Origin: the human T2T-CHM13v2.0 reference genome, Homo sapiens
NCBI RefSeq assembly: GCF_009914755.1
Contig: NC_060930.1
DNA: 64,000 nt
Reading direction: 5' to 3' (one strand)
The translations under genes and the position numbers were made by a program. Shown one piece after another: positions 1 through 13,090 of the stretch (its first letter is position 1; each line of letters begins with the position of its first letter). Under the pieces are notes generated by a model that saw only the letters and a program-made list of their open reading frames with translations, did not search any database and was not told where the DNA came from.

Positions 1-805
1 CCCCAAAGTGGAGCCAGAGGAACCTATGAGATCATTTGGAAAAGCTTGTGAATTCACTGCCATTTGCCTACTTGGCTTCGGATGAAAAGCAAATCTTAAA
101 GCTGCTCAAAATGTGTCTGATTCATCTGTAACTGAGAATGAGACCAATCAGGGATAAGAAGTGAGTAAAATCCTTGTGATCACAGAGCCAAGAGAGCCTA
201 TTTTAAAGCACTTAATGTATTTTTTTTCTTAAAGATATATACACCAACTGTAATTAAGCTCTCCCTTTCCTTATGATCTTGGCAAGATGTTAAAAAAGAG
301 ATAGAGGGAGGGAGTCGACTTGCCAAGTGGATTTTTCTAAGCGTTCTCAGCCCTAATTAAAAGTCCTTTGTGCAAGGCCAACCAGCAATCAGATTCCTAA
401 TTAGAGTTGAGCAAACTGCCTTGGTGAACTGTGGGTTTCTCTGAACCCGGGAATCTGAGGAAAAAGTCTGTCTGTCTCAAAGGTGCCATTTTCTGAAGCA
501 CAAACACACCCAAATCCTAAAAGGCATGTCTCACAAGGGCAATGTCACAACCTTAATACTGTTGGTCGATTACTGTTTTTGCCTTGAAACGGCTCCGCAG
601 CATCCTATATATTGCGTTGTTACGTCTGTTTTGCTGTTTGTTACGGTATTATGATGAAATGGCGCCTTATTAAAAACCTGTCTTCAGGATCTGGAATTCT
701 GGGACTTGAGATTTAAGTGTATTAAATGCCAGGAATTCATGGTTTATGTCCAGAAAAAGAAGACCATTCTGCCATTAACTGGATTTCCCCTGGAGTCTTG
801 GGAAT

Positions 806-1043
806 CATAATAGTGTGTACACAAGTGCTTACCACATGCGAACACAGCTCTAAGAACTCTATAAATACGAATGCATTCACCTCTCACGAGGATGCCATGA
901 GGCAGGCTCTATTATCTCCCCCGTTTCACAGGGAGGAAACTGAGGCAAAGAGAAGTTAAGGCGGTATCTCAAAGTCACATTAGAAAGTGATAAAGCCAAG
1001 ATTGACCTGCAGTCAGTCACATTCCAGAGCCTCTGCTCTTACC
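806..1043 (-). mobile_element. MIR SINE
   Basis: Reverse MIR core 'acagggaggaaactgaggcaaagagaagttaag...aaagtcaca'. Confidence 0.8.
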
Positions 1044-1071
1044 TCCCAGCACTGGAGCCATGGCGTTGGAC

Positions 1072-1122
1072 CCCCGGTCCCCGGGCCTCATGCCCCGGTC
1101 CCCAAGCCTCATGCCCCGGGTC
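1072..1122. repeat. 21-bp GC-rich minisatellite, ~2.4 copies
   Basis: ccccggtccccgggcctcatg / ccccggtccccaagcctcatg / ccccgggtc. Confidence 0.9.
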
Positions 1123-2179
1123 AGAGCATCCACACAGCAGTGCAGCTGGGAGCATGGCTCCATCTCCTATGTAGCCCCTGGATTTCTTCCTGATTACTAG
1201 GTAGGGTTTTCCAAGATCCACATTTCAAATTGAGAACTTCTGAAATGTAGGCCTTCAATAAAGAGATTATACCAAGATGTAAAAATAAAGAACATTGCTA
1301 TTCTTCATTCCCAGAACTGTGGTGAAAGCAACAATGGCATTCTTGTCTCACCCAGTGAGAGACAAAGCACCCCAAAGCCACAGCATCCAACGGAGATGCC
1401 ACAAAAAAGGATGCCCACCCTTGGCTTAGCTCATCTCATACATAACTCTTCATTTCTCGATTTTTCCAGAAATGTACACATCCTGAGACAGGGAGGAAGT
1501 GCTCACAATTAGACAATTTTCTTTTCTCCAGGGCTTTCATTTGAATCAGATTCATGAAGGAAAAACTCTTTCTGGGTTTTTTTTTTTAGATCATTATTTA
1601 ATAGTCTTAATAGAAGATGGATTTTATCTGTAGATTTTTGCTTTCAATTAAAAATGCTAAATGTAAATATTGTAGTGTCAAACCTTTTAAATGTTTAATA
1701 TACAGCACACTGCAAAAGAAATACTTTTGTGTAGTCAGGACTTGGCAGTTTACATGGTGTCATTTGGGGTGGGGGGCAGCATGATGAGAGGATGGTGGTG
1801 TCAGAACCGTGGAGGAGAAGGACATCAGAGACACCAACAGACATGAGAAAAAAGAAAAACGAGACTAGAAAGAGAATGAGGGGAAGAACGAGGGGCCCCA
1901 GAGAAAGGCTTTCCTTCCCAGAGACAAGTGAAAATTCTATAGTTTTTATAAGAAAGAAAGAAAAACACCCCAAAGAGCTCTGTGGGAGTGTGGGAGGATG
2001 AGGGGCTCTAGTGCTTGGCTTATATTTCCATCGTGGCTGAGTGATGATGAACTGCTGCTGGAGGCCTGTGACCGGCTTCTCTGGGGGTGCTCTGGCATTG
2101 CCACCACATCTGTTCTCACATTTCAGTGGGAGGGGTCAGCAAAGGGGGGAACCTCACAAGTCTGTTGTTCTGCAGTTAT

Positions 2180-2333
2180 CACATTGCATTGTAATTCCTA
2201 CAACACAAGTATAGCCTACCTCCCTCACTCGTCTATAGTCTATAAATCGGAGCACAAGGGTTGGGCTTTATTCAAATGCACCTCTTTAGTGGTGGATATA
2301 TAGTTGGTCCTCAATAGTGTTTGCGGATGAATG
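2180..2333 (+). mobile_element. L2 3'-end fragment
   Basis: Ends 'tagttggtcctcaatagtgtttgcggatgaatg', resembling the L2 tail. Confidence 0.55.
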
Positions 2334-3576
2334 GGGGTTTACAGTATCCACCACACTGCCCTGTATGATGCCTTTGAAGCAGCAGGCACTTAATGGACGT
2401 TCATTGAATGAATCAGGTCCCCATTCAACAGCAAGTCACATGCTCAAATTTTTTAAATTCTGAAAAAACAAGGCAGACAGGGTAAGAAGTCCAGGATCTG
2501 AATAATAGATCCTTTAGGACCTCCCAGAGGAAATAATTAAGGAAAATAAAATGTTTGAGAAAGATTAACAGATTTGCTTCTGGAACGGTAAGGAAACAAG
2601 AGAACGCCAGCGTTTCAGGATGCATCCATCTGTGGTTACCATTCCAAGCTGACATTCCTCTCCTCTCTAAAAGTCACTGAGGCCTCTCAGGGTTTTAACA
2701 TTATCTGAAAGCAATCCTGAGGAACTGGCCCGGATGCTGAAGCCATACCTTAAGACAGGTAAACAGTTTCCATTCATGTGTGTGTTGCTTTGTGTAATTC
2801 ATCTCACCCTCCGGCAATACGAAAAGATGTATATTCAGATGATCTAAGTTACAGAAAAATGTAGTTACCTGATTAAATTAAGAGGTAGTGTACATAGCCA
2901 GAGACTGGTGAGATTTTAAGATTAGCTTGTGCTGGTGTTTATTCTCCTTTTCCTTTTAAAACATTCTTCAAAGCTATGATCAGACACAAATCCAATCAGA
3001 AATACTCCATGTTACTCTTCTCTTCCATCCCTGCTTGTCTTAAGTGCCAATGATATGTCAGGTATTTTACTGGTTTTTACATTCCTTTATTCCCTGACAA
3101 CTTGAGTTGGCTTTTCCTAGTTAGTACATAAGATGATTTAATCTTGCGTATGTTCATAAAACTTGGTTCTGTGACTGCCAAATATCTTTTGAAGTAGTAT
3201 TGTCACTCTGTTCCTCTTTTAGGAGGAATATGGAGGTGTAGAGTAGGTCAGTTTTATTCCTTGGATATTGGTGTCAGGTTGGGTGTAAATATTTTCCAAC
3301 CAAGCCCTGCAATCCAGTGCAGTAGAGCTAAACGGACAGTGACCCATGTTCAGTGGCTGAATGTTTGCTGTGGACCTGGGATGTTAACTTTGCAAAACAA
3401 GGTATAAGTGGAACTTTTCCAAAAATGTTTTTTGAGAGTATAGTGTTGAAACTGCCACTGGAGCAAAGAGCCTGGACAGATAGGATTGCAATATGGAGTC
3501 CCTCTGGGCTTCGTTCATCTGCTTTTACTTGTCTGAGCCGGTAAAGGGCTGGGATCAAATGTGGATGGCTTTCCTA

Positions 3577-3773
3577 ATGATAGCCAAGATTTACTGAGGA
3601 CTTGCGATGTCCATCCGCTAATCAGTGCTAAGTGCTAGGCATGGCTTATCTCCTTTACTCTTCAACAACAGTCTTATCGGCAAGGTTCTAGTATTATCCT
3701 CATTTTACTGATAAGGAAATGAAGCCTTAGAAATATTAAGAAATTTGCCTAAGGTCAAACACCAAATGAGTGC
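3577..3773 (-). mobile_element. MIR SINE
   Basis: 'attatcctcattttactgataaggaaatgaagc...ttgcctaaggtca'. Confidence 0.75.
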
Positions 3774-3799
3774 CGTTCTTCATTCTGTAATAGAGCTTC

Positions 3800-4294
3800 T
3801 TTTACATTGTATACATTTAAGGAATATAACATGATATTTTGAAATACATATACATAGTAAAATCATATCTACAGTCAAGCTAATTTACATATCTTTCACC
3901 TGACATTGTTACCTTTTTAATGGTAAGAGCATCTAAAATCTAAACTTTTAGCACATTTTTCATATTCAATGCAATATTACTAATTATAGTTCTCATGCCG
4001 CATATTAGATCTCTAGACTTATTCATCCTATGTAACAACAACTTTGCACCCTTTGGCCTACATTTTGGTCCACATTTCCCCAATTCCTCCTTCGCCCCTC
4101 TATGCACCCAGTGACCCCTATTCACTCTGTTTATACGTATTTCACTTTTTTTTAGATTCCACATGTAAGTGAGATCATGTAGTATTTTTCTCTTTGTGTT
4201 TGGCTTACTTCACTTAGCATAATGTCCTCCAGGTTCATCCATGTTGTCACAAATGGTAGAATATCCTACATTTCAGGGCTGAATAATATTCCAT

Positions 4295-4350
<56 letters not shown>

Positions 4351-5530
4351 GATATAGATATATACACACACACACTATATATATACACACACATATATAT
4401 ACACATATATATATACAACATATATATATATACACACACACAACCAGCCGATATAAGAACTCATTCCTTCAATAGGCACTCTCTCTCTCTCCCTCTCTCA
4501 TATATATATATGAATGGATAAAGAAGAAATTGTGTTTTTATATATGTATAAGTTCCACTTATACCTATACATACCTCTCTCTATATATACACCTCTCTCT
4601 ATATATATGTGTATCTATACCTCTCTCTCTCTATATATTCATATATGTTCTCTATATGTACATATATATAGAGAGAGGTGTATATATATACCTTCTTCTT
4701 AAAGAAGAAATTGTGAGAGAGATATATAATATATATATCGTATATGTATAAAGTATATATATATATACACCTCTATATATATATCTATACCTCTCTATAT
4801 ATACATATATGTATGCATACATATATACGTATATATTCATATATACGTATATATGTATGCATACATATATGCATATATATTCATATATATTCAGCTCCTT
4901 TGCCCATTTTTAAATTTGGTTTTGTTTTTTTTTTTGCTATTGAGTCATGTGAGTTCCCTCTATATTTTAATTATCAATGCCTTATCAGATGTATGGTTGG
5001 CAAATATTTTCTCCTAAATCTGTAGGCTGTCTTTTCATTTTGCCAATTGTTCACTGTGCAGAAGCTTTTTAGTCTGATGTAGTCTCAGTTGTTCATTGTT
5101 GCTTTTGTTGCCTGAGCTTTTGTTATGATATCCAAAACTCATTGCCAAGGCCAATCTCAAGGAGCTTTCCTCCTACACTTTCTTCTAGGAGTTTTATGGT
5201 ATCAGGGCTTATGTTTAGGTCTTTAATTTTGAATTGATTTTTTTGCATATGGTGTAAGATAAGGATCCAGTTGCATTCTTTGGCATGTGAAGATCCAGTT
5301 TTCCCAGCACCATTTATGGAAAAGACCAACATTTCCCCATTGCAACCTTTTGGTGGCCTTGTTGAAAATTGTTCTCACTATATATGGTTAGGCTTCCGTT
5401 CCATTGGTTTATGTGTCCACACTGTTTTGATTACTATAGCTTTTTAACATAATTTGAAATCAGGAAGTGTGATGCCTCTCACTTTTTTTTTTTTCTTCAG
5501 ATTGCTTTGGCTATTTGTGTTCTGTTGTGA
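3800..5530 (-). mobile_element. L1 (L1MA-like) 3' end, interrupted by TA-rich repeat
   Basis: 'ttttttagattccacatgtaagtgagatcatg...ggcttacttcacttagcataatgtcctccaggttcatccatgttg'; resumes at 4891 'ctttgcccattttt...gtgcagaagctttttag...tccagttttcccagcaccattta'. Confidence 0.9.
4297..4890. repeat. Compound (CT)n/(TA)n/(CA)n low-complexity tract
   Basis: Directly visible. Confidence 0.95.
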
Positions 5531-5607
5531 CATAACTTCTAAGAAGGGATTTGTATAAAATGTGTACAACACGTTATGGTTTATTAACTTTCTTTCACTG
5601 GCCTTGT

Positions 5608-5702
5608 TTAATTTTACTCTCACCTTATCTTTTTAGGGTTGGTGACATTATTCTGATTTTGCAGATGAGGAAACAGAAGCACAGAGACGTTTTGTGGCTT
5701 GC
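5608..5702 (-). mobile_element. MIR fragment
   Basis: 'attttgcagatgaggaaacagaagcacagaga'. Confidence 0.65.
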
Positions 5703-7162
5703 TTTGCTGTCCTTAGGCAGAGAGGAGTCTGATGGAGAGTTAACTATAGTATTCTCCGTGGCAGATGGCTGTGCCTCCTGTCCAGGGCAATTTGCCTTAG
5801 CAGGCTGGAGAACAAAGAGCACTGAGCCAAGAGTCCTTGGCCCCACCACCTTCCATATAACCTGAGGACTTCTGTTTCCTCAATATGGTTCTTGGGGTCG
5901 TTTTTAGGATGAATTGGGTTTTGTGAGAATTGTGTATTGCCATGCAAATATATGTTATGAATAATACCTTTGAACAGTCATTCTTCAGCTTATGGAAGCC
6001 TATCCATTTAAGGTAGAAACTTAAGATGTATCTTTCTCCTCCCTGTATTTGGTAAAGTTAGGAGCTAGGGCAGCATAGTTGAAATGAATTAAAAGAACTT
6101 TTTTTTCCATTTTTCTAATTTCTATTTCCATAATATAAGTACCCATTCATGGAAAAATAAAAATTAGGTAAGTGATAGAAATTACAAAGAGAGTTACAAA
6201 TATTCAAAATGCTTCAGTCTACCAACCTTGAAGAATAAAATATTTTCCTATTCAAGAACAAAGAATCTTGTGGTTATGTTGATAGAGAAAATATCTTTAA
6301 GCCACACTTTTTAAAAGTCATGCAAAAATAAGCTCTGAGGTTTATTTGTTTTAGTGGGCTGTGCTCCACTGGCATCCTTCCTGGGAACATCATTCTTCTT
6401 TCCTTTTGTTTTCCCCTGAATTTTTGAGCATAGGTTTACAGTTTGAAGGGGGAAAAATATTTTCAGCTTACATTTACTGTTTTTTTTTTTTCAGTAATAA
6501 GACCACATAAGGTTGAGATCCAGGTATGAGAAAGCTTAATAAAACTTAATGTCTTGGTTCTTGATGACCAGCCAGTGCACATGCCACTAAGTAAGTGAGA
6601 TTCATCCTCTAAGGATTCACAGTGAATCTTTAACCCTGCCCTTGAGAAAGTATTAAAGAAGATCCAGAGACGGGAGCAAAACAAAATACACAACCAGAGA
6701 CACTGTGTGCTGTCAGCAGCAGGCATGTACTGGTCAAGGAATTAGATGACTCAAGGTGGTGACTCATTCAGCAACTATGTAGTGTTTGCGGTTGAAGAGA
6801 AACCTTGGCCAGAGAATGACTAAAATCTATTGGCAGCGTCTTTAAAAGAATCATGACTGGGCCTACACCAGCGAATACGCAAGTGTGCTTTTTTTCTTCG
6901 TCTTTTACTAATTCAAGACTGAGAGTAAGAAAACACCATCCTTGTTGACGCCCACTATTACAGCATGCTCTCCAGGGCATTCCCAGCAACTACGCTCAGT
7001 GAGACTGAGTCCAGATACTTATCTCTGTGTTTGGACGTGGTCATATGTGTGCATGTTTGTAGTTAGTAGGATGAACAAGTCAGACTTATACAAATTGTTA
7101 GAGGCACTTGTTCTTGATAATTAAAAAAAAAAAGCCAAGAGAAAGTTTCCAAATTTAGTTAT

Positions 7163-7632
7163 TGTATTAGTTTCCTGGGGGCTGCCATAACAAAATACTA
7201 CAAACTGAATGGCTTAAACAACAGAAATGTATTCCCTGGCAGTTCTGGAGGCTGGAAGTCTGAGATCCAGGCGTCAGCAGCGTTGGTTCCTTCTGAGGTC
7301 TGTGAGAAAGAATTCGTTCTGTGCCTCCCCCTGAGCTTCTTGGTGGTTTGCTGGAGGTCCTTGGCATTCCTTGGCTTGTAGAAGCACCGTTGTGTTCTTT
7401 ATCTTCACCTCCACATGGCGTTCTCCCTGTGTGTCTCTGTCTCCAAATTTCCTCCTTTTAGAAGAAACCAGTCACATTGGATGAGGGGCCCACTCTGCTC
7501 CAGTATGGCCTCATGTTAACTAATTGTACCTGCAATGCTCCTATTTCCAAATAAGGTCACATTTCTGAGGTCCTGGCAGTTAGGACTCCAACATAAGAAT
7601 GGACAGGAGGGGGACAGAATTCAACCCATCGC
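7163..7632 (-). mobile_element. MaLR solo LTR (MLT1B/C-like)
   Basis: 'tgtattagtttcctggggctgccataacaaaatact...ggcttaaacaacagaaat...ttctggaggctggaagtctgagatc...ccaaataaggtcacatt...gggacagaattcaaccca'. Confidence 0.9.
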
Positions 7633-8811
7633 CTTCTCCATATCAGCCAGAGCTAATTTATTACAAAACTAGTGGATCCATTTGAAATTTTGTGCTAATC
7701 AATGTTAGTCTCTTTTTTAAGTCCAGAAGAAAATTTCAGTTTTAAAAAAGTTTGAATATATTTCATATTAGAAGGAGTAACTATTTAAAAATAATAGAGA
7801 CTCACTAGCCTAAAACAAAGTAGTTAACCAAACAATTTATTAATCATCTGGGTATAATGCCATGTAAATACATTTGCATTTATGAATGCAAATGCCACAC
7901 AAGCATGCCATCATTAACAGTGCAAAACATGAAATTTTAACAAAATTGTTGGACTAGAAGGTAAATTTGGTATCTAAAATTTTAAGACTCAGTTTAGCTT
8001 TTGAGGTTGCTCAAAGAGCTTGTTTTTCTTTTTGACATCAATCCTTGTAAAGGGAGCATGCATGTGGTTGAGCACAGCTATGTATACCCACACCCCTGTG
8101 AGTGCAGTGTACATATCTCTATCTGTGCTGTTTACAACATTTAAAAGTTCCTCGTGTGAATCAGAATGAACCTAGGCAATAAAGGTTCACTTGAGTCACT
8201 GAAGTCAAAGAATAAGATGAGCAGAAAGGATGGCTCCACAGGAAATGGAGTTCTGGGTTAGTTCTGGGTACTAGGGAGGTGTCAGCCTTGTGGACTGAAG
8301 CTCTTTATCTCTGACTCCAGCTACAAAAGAAGAGCATATTGGCCTTGAAGGTATAATTGATCAGCTGATGTAAGAACTCATTCCTTTAATAGGGACTCAT
8401 TTCTATCCATCCATGAGCTTTGCACATCCATGTATGAAGTTATTGCCTTTCTCCTGGTTGGATTAGAGGCTTAGTAAGGGAGAGTCAGCATTCTTGGGAC
8501 ATTCACTGTGTGAGATCACTGGAGCAAGTGAGTTTAAGCACTAAAGGTAAGATTCTGATCTCTCTTTTTGGGGACTTCTTTTGCTAGGGCCTGGGTTCTA
8601 AAGTTTACTATAGCTATAAACCAATATTGTGCTAATGTTTCTTACAAGAAGATGAATTTTGAGCAAACTCATTCATTAACATCATGTTTATCCTTTTATT
8701 GTTAGTTATAATCATTTGTCACTTTAAGGTCTTTTTAGCTCATTAGAGTGTGAAGTATACTAAATTCATATAAGCACAGCCCATATATGCTTTTTCCAAG
8801 AGGGCCAGATA

Positions 8812-8975
8812 CTTAGAATCATAAAATGTTATAGCAGAAAATGACCTTGGAAATCATCTAGTTCAATCCCTCATTTTACAGATAGGGAAATTAAGTTCTA
8901 TAGAGGTTAAGTGACTTGTCAAAGGTTAGCGACCAATAAGTCGCAGAACCAGGGCTTAAACCCATTTCCTGATCC
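8812..8975 (-). mobile_element. MIR/MIR3 SINE
   Basis: 'gaccttggaaatcatctagttcaatccctcattttacagatagggaaatt...ggttaagtgacttgtc'. Confidence 0.8.
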
Positions 8976-10835
8976 TTTTTCTCTACTGAAATCACCATTA
9001 ATGATAGTGCCAGAGCAGGGCTGCAAATGAAGAAAGGACTGTCCTACAACAGGCACTTCAAATAGAATCCTGTCCAATGAATATGCTATTCCTTATATTT
9101 TCTCTGTGGGCATTAATCTCTGGTATATATATTCAAAGCAGATGCTAACGACTTCTTTTTTAATCCTTGGGCAATTCTAAATTTTCAAAGAATTAAAAGG
9201 GCTGCTTAAAGAACATAAAAAAAGCAAATGAGGGTTATTTATAAAAAGGAAAAAAGGTACATCTTCAGATCCACTTCACTTTTCCTTTTCTCCAAGCAGT
9301 AGTCACAAGGGACATTATCAGATATTAACATGATATAAACAATTGCTAATATCGACAAGCCACATTATACCATATTCCATTAAAATTTAATTTACCAATA
9401 GAAGAAATACGGAACTAATTTTAGATTTCTATCACCCACCCAAATATAATTTTATGTTCTCTTTAATTCTGAGATCCCCAAAGCTTATGTCCCAAACATT
9501 TTGTGTCATCTAAGAAGAAACTGTATTTCCTACTGCAGAGATTTAGTGCCGCTCCTGCCAGAAGTCAGTGAAGTGTTCTTTTGTTGGCAAGCATTATAGG
9601 GCTGGGGTCTAAAAGAAATTAATTTGAGCATTTTGGTTGATTTTAATAGCTTGACCTCTGAGTGTGCGAGCAGTGAGGCCAGGGGGCAATGGCAGGCCAT
9701 CCACGCAGCTGAATTAAAATGAAGCCCTGGCCTTGCTCAGGGAAACCTTCTCTCACCTGCTTTTCATTTCCTTTAGCTATTTCTGGTAATGAAAACTGGA
9801 ACCACTGCTATATATTTTGGAGTCTAGAAGTTCTATACATTTTTATTTCATACAATATGCCTATAATTAAATGTAGGTCTTTGTTTATAAAAGGACAAGA
9901 CCTAAGTGTTCCTGGAAGAATATGGAAAAAAATCTTAAAAGGTATTCCTTTAAAAATAGTTTTTTTTTCATCCACAATTCCAGATGGAAGACTCTCCCGT
10001 GTTACAACCTTCCTACCTGCCCACTGACATTTTCATTTGCTATTCCTTATCTTTCTGCATGCTGGCTTTGCCCTTCAATAAGAACCAGAATGGTAAAGTG
10101 GAATAATACTATTGGCCCGTTTTAAAGAATCTGAGAGAGTTCTCAGGAAAGTTGAAAGCATTTGGATGGGAAACAGCTCTTCCTGAATTCGTTTCTTGTT
10201 TGGGCTTTTTCTCCAATCATCTCCCAGACAGTCCTGATGTCTGTATCAAAGGAATGGGACGTGTGGCTCAAAAATGCCAATTGGAACCTTCCCCCATGAG
10301 CTCGTAGCATAATTTGTGATGAGTTCAGACCTGAAATTTGGCCCAGCCCCTAATCAATCATTAGGTGTTCCTGTTATTTTTGTATTGCTGGGGGCAGCCT
10401 GCCTGTCTTCTTATCGCTGTCTTTAATTGACATTCTGAAGTACTGCTATATTGATTGTGACTTTTCTCTCCCCTCTGGTAGCTACTTGGAATCTCATTGA
10501 TGAGTAGTAATAGCATGATATATATTCATGTGCACATATGCATGAACTACTATGTTCGGTATTTGCATTTGCCTACACGTCTGCTGTGCAAGGGTATGCC
10601 ATGAGAGAATCAGCTTCATCCCCCCTCCCTGCCATATGATGTCTATATATTTATGAGTAGGAGAGAGAGGAGCACTTGGATATATGAATCTGCTTGCAAT
10701 TTCCTAATGGAATCTGGCAGAAGAGCTTTGCAATAGGACAAGTTCCAGTAAAAAATGTGTTCATGTAAGCACTTTCCCCTTGTGCCTGCCACCTATTTGC
10801 CTTTCCAGAGCATTGAAAAGATTAATCATGGGATG

Positions 10836-10911
10836 ATCTAGATTCTCCTTTTGGTCAGTAAAACATAATACTCATCTGGATTCTCCTTTTGGTCAGTAAA
10901 GTATAATACTC
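10836..10911. repeat. 38-bp tandem duplication (35/38 identical)
   Basis: atctagattctccttttggtcagtaaaacataatactc / atctggattctccttttggtcagtaaagtataatactc. Confidence 0.95.
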
Positions 10912-12309
10912 TCTTAAAGAAGTGGAGAATATTAGAATTGTATATTTTTAATGGTATATCCATGGAGGAAGAGTCCAGGTGAACAAGTTCTTGAAGGGGA
11001 AATATATCTTATCAATGGCCAAGCTTTCTGTAGCTGACTAGGTTTTGGTACTGTCATTTGGGAGGTGTATGCTCATAATGCTTTTTAAGGAGAAAACATG
11101 AAAATTGTCGACGAGATTAAAGTTGAAGGGTTTGAAATGTAGTAGGCACTTCTTTCTTGGGAGTGCTGCTGTGTTAGGAGGCCATCCTGAGACTAGAGCC
11201 CTCGCAATTCAGAAATGGCTTTTCTACCTCATTAATGCCATGATCTTTTGTTATCCCCATCTGTGCCTGAATGGACAAAAGGTATCCATTTAAATTATGG
11301 ATCTTAAAGAGAACCTTTGCAAAGGCCCCTCTAATGGCCCACATTCATACCCCCTAGCTTTTGCCCTCCATTGTGGCCTCAGCCTGGTAACGGCTGCTGG
11401 GATGAGTGGAATTTCTGGAAAGGGGATTGATGGTGGTTAGAGATGCCAACATACAGAAGCCACAAAACTTGGAAATGTGAAATTCTCTGTGTGCATATCC
11501 TTTAACTGAAACTTTATGTGTCTCAAGTGAATGAAAAATAAGTTATTTGGGGAAGCCTTTGCCCAATTCACCTGGGATAAGAAGGCCATTGTATCACACA
11601 TATAATTCCCCAGAGGCTCTAATACTGCAATGTAGCTACACAGCCCTTGGTAGAAAAGATTTCTAAAGAGAAACCTCATCTTTCACACTCTTCAAAAGGA
11701 CGAACTTTTTGTCAATTATTTTTTTCCTTCAAAGACAAACTTGAATTAGATCAGAGTAGTTGGTAAAGGATATAAAGATAAATGAGGGCTATATTTGTTT
11801 AGAATTCACCTAAAAGACAGAGCCAAAATATAATAAATTCGTTTGCTATGGACACTTTCAAAGATTCTTAAATCCCACATGACCTCCAGCATTGTCCTCA
11901 TATGGAAGACTTGCCCTAGGCAACATGTGTGGAATTTGATGGTTAAACATCTGTTGTGACGACACTCTAGACATCTTAGGGAAGGATCCTAAGTGTTCCG
12001 GCAACAGCTACCAAGCCTAGCAGATGGCAGGATGACTGTGGGGACAGACTGGTGATCCTAGAATCGATTCATATGAAACAGGTTCAGGAGGAAAAAAGAT
12101 GCAGCCTTGCACCATTCAGCATTTTCTCCATAGACTAAGCTCTGAAAGTCTCCTGCAGCATGATGCCATCCATGTGTTTGTGTCTCCTGAAGGGACAGTG
12201 GCCTTAGTGGCTTCCTCACAGAGTCTAGAGGGCCAGAACTGGCAGCTTTGCAGATGTCTGAAGATGTGAATCAAACGAAAGAGAAAATTATAGCAGCTGA
12301 TATTTATTA

Positions 12310-12820
12310 ATAGTGTTATTCAGATCCTCTACATCTTTACAGATATTTTGTCTAGTTTTTCTGTCAATTGCTATGGGAGGGGAGTAAAATCTCTAACTGT
12401 GATTGTAAATTGTCTAGATTGTCAATTTTTACTTTGTGTATTTTGAAGCTGTTATTAGGTACATATACATCTGTAATTGTCATGTTTTTTGTGATTATGA
12501 GAAGCCCCTCTTTTCCTCTGGCAAAACTCTGTAATGAAGTCTGCTTTATCTGATATTATGAAAGCCACTCCAGCCTTCCTATATAGACTGTTTGCATAAC
12601 GTATCTTTTTTCCATCCAATTGATTTCAACTGATTGGAATCTTTACATTTAAAGTGTATCTCTTATAGGAAATGTATTAGTTTTGAATTTTGCTCTGTGT
12701 CCACTCTGACAATTTCTTCCTTTTTGTTAAAAGTGTTTAGTCCACTTACATTTAACGTAATTGTTGATATGATTGAATTCAGGCCTACCACTTTCTTGTT
12801 CACTTTCTATTTGTCCCAAG
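12310..12820 (-). mobile_element. Old L1M fragment (ORF2 endonuclease region)
   Basis: 'gaagtctgctttatctgatatt..aagccactccagc...tttttccatcc...ccactctgacaat...ccacttacatttaacgtaattgttgatatg'. Confidence 0.8.
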
Positions 12821-12969
12821 TGACATTTATTATGTGCTGTTAAGAAAAGTTATCTAAAGCTTGGAAATAAGGAAAGATGATTGTGTGCCTCTCAAAGTCA
12901 GCCTAGAGCATTGTCTAACAAGCCCACCTAAGACTCAGCTGAAGGCCAGAGGAAGATAATTTTGACTTA

Positions 12970-13090
12970 CTATTTACTATTAAGGAAACTAATGCACAGA
13001 AAGGCTAGTTAACTTGCTCAAGGTCACCCAGTAGTAAGCATTAGAGTTTGAATTGAGAAGCCAAAGCCGATATATTTGATCACTTTACCT
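12970..13090 (-). mobile_element. MIR fragment
   Basis: 'aaggaaactaatgcacagaaagg...aacttgctcaaggtcacccag'. Confidence 0.65.

Noticed and set aside
240-670. TAATTA-rich, CpG-containing segment as an enhancer
   Set aside because: Short AT-rich motifs are too frequent to support a call without conservation data.
4222-5025. I/Y-rich ORFs
   Set aside because: (TA)n/(CA)n low complexity inside an L1.
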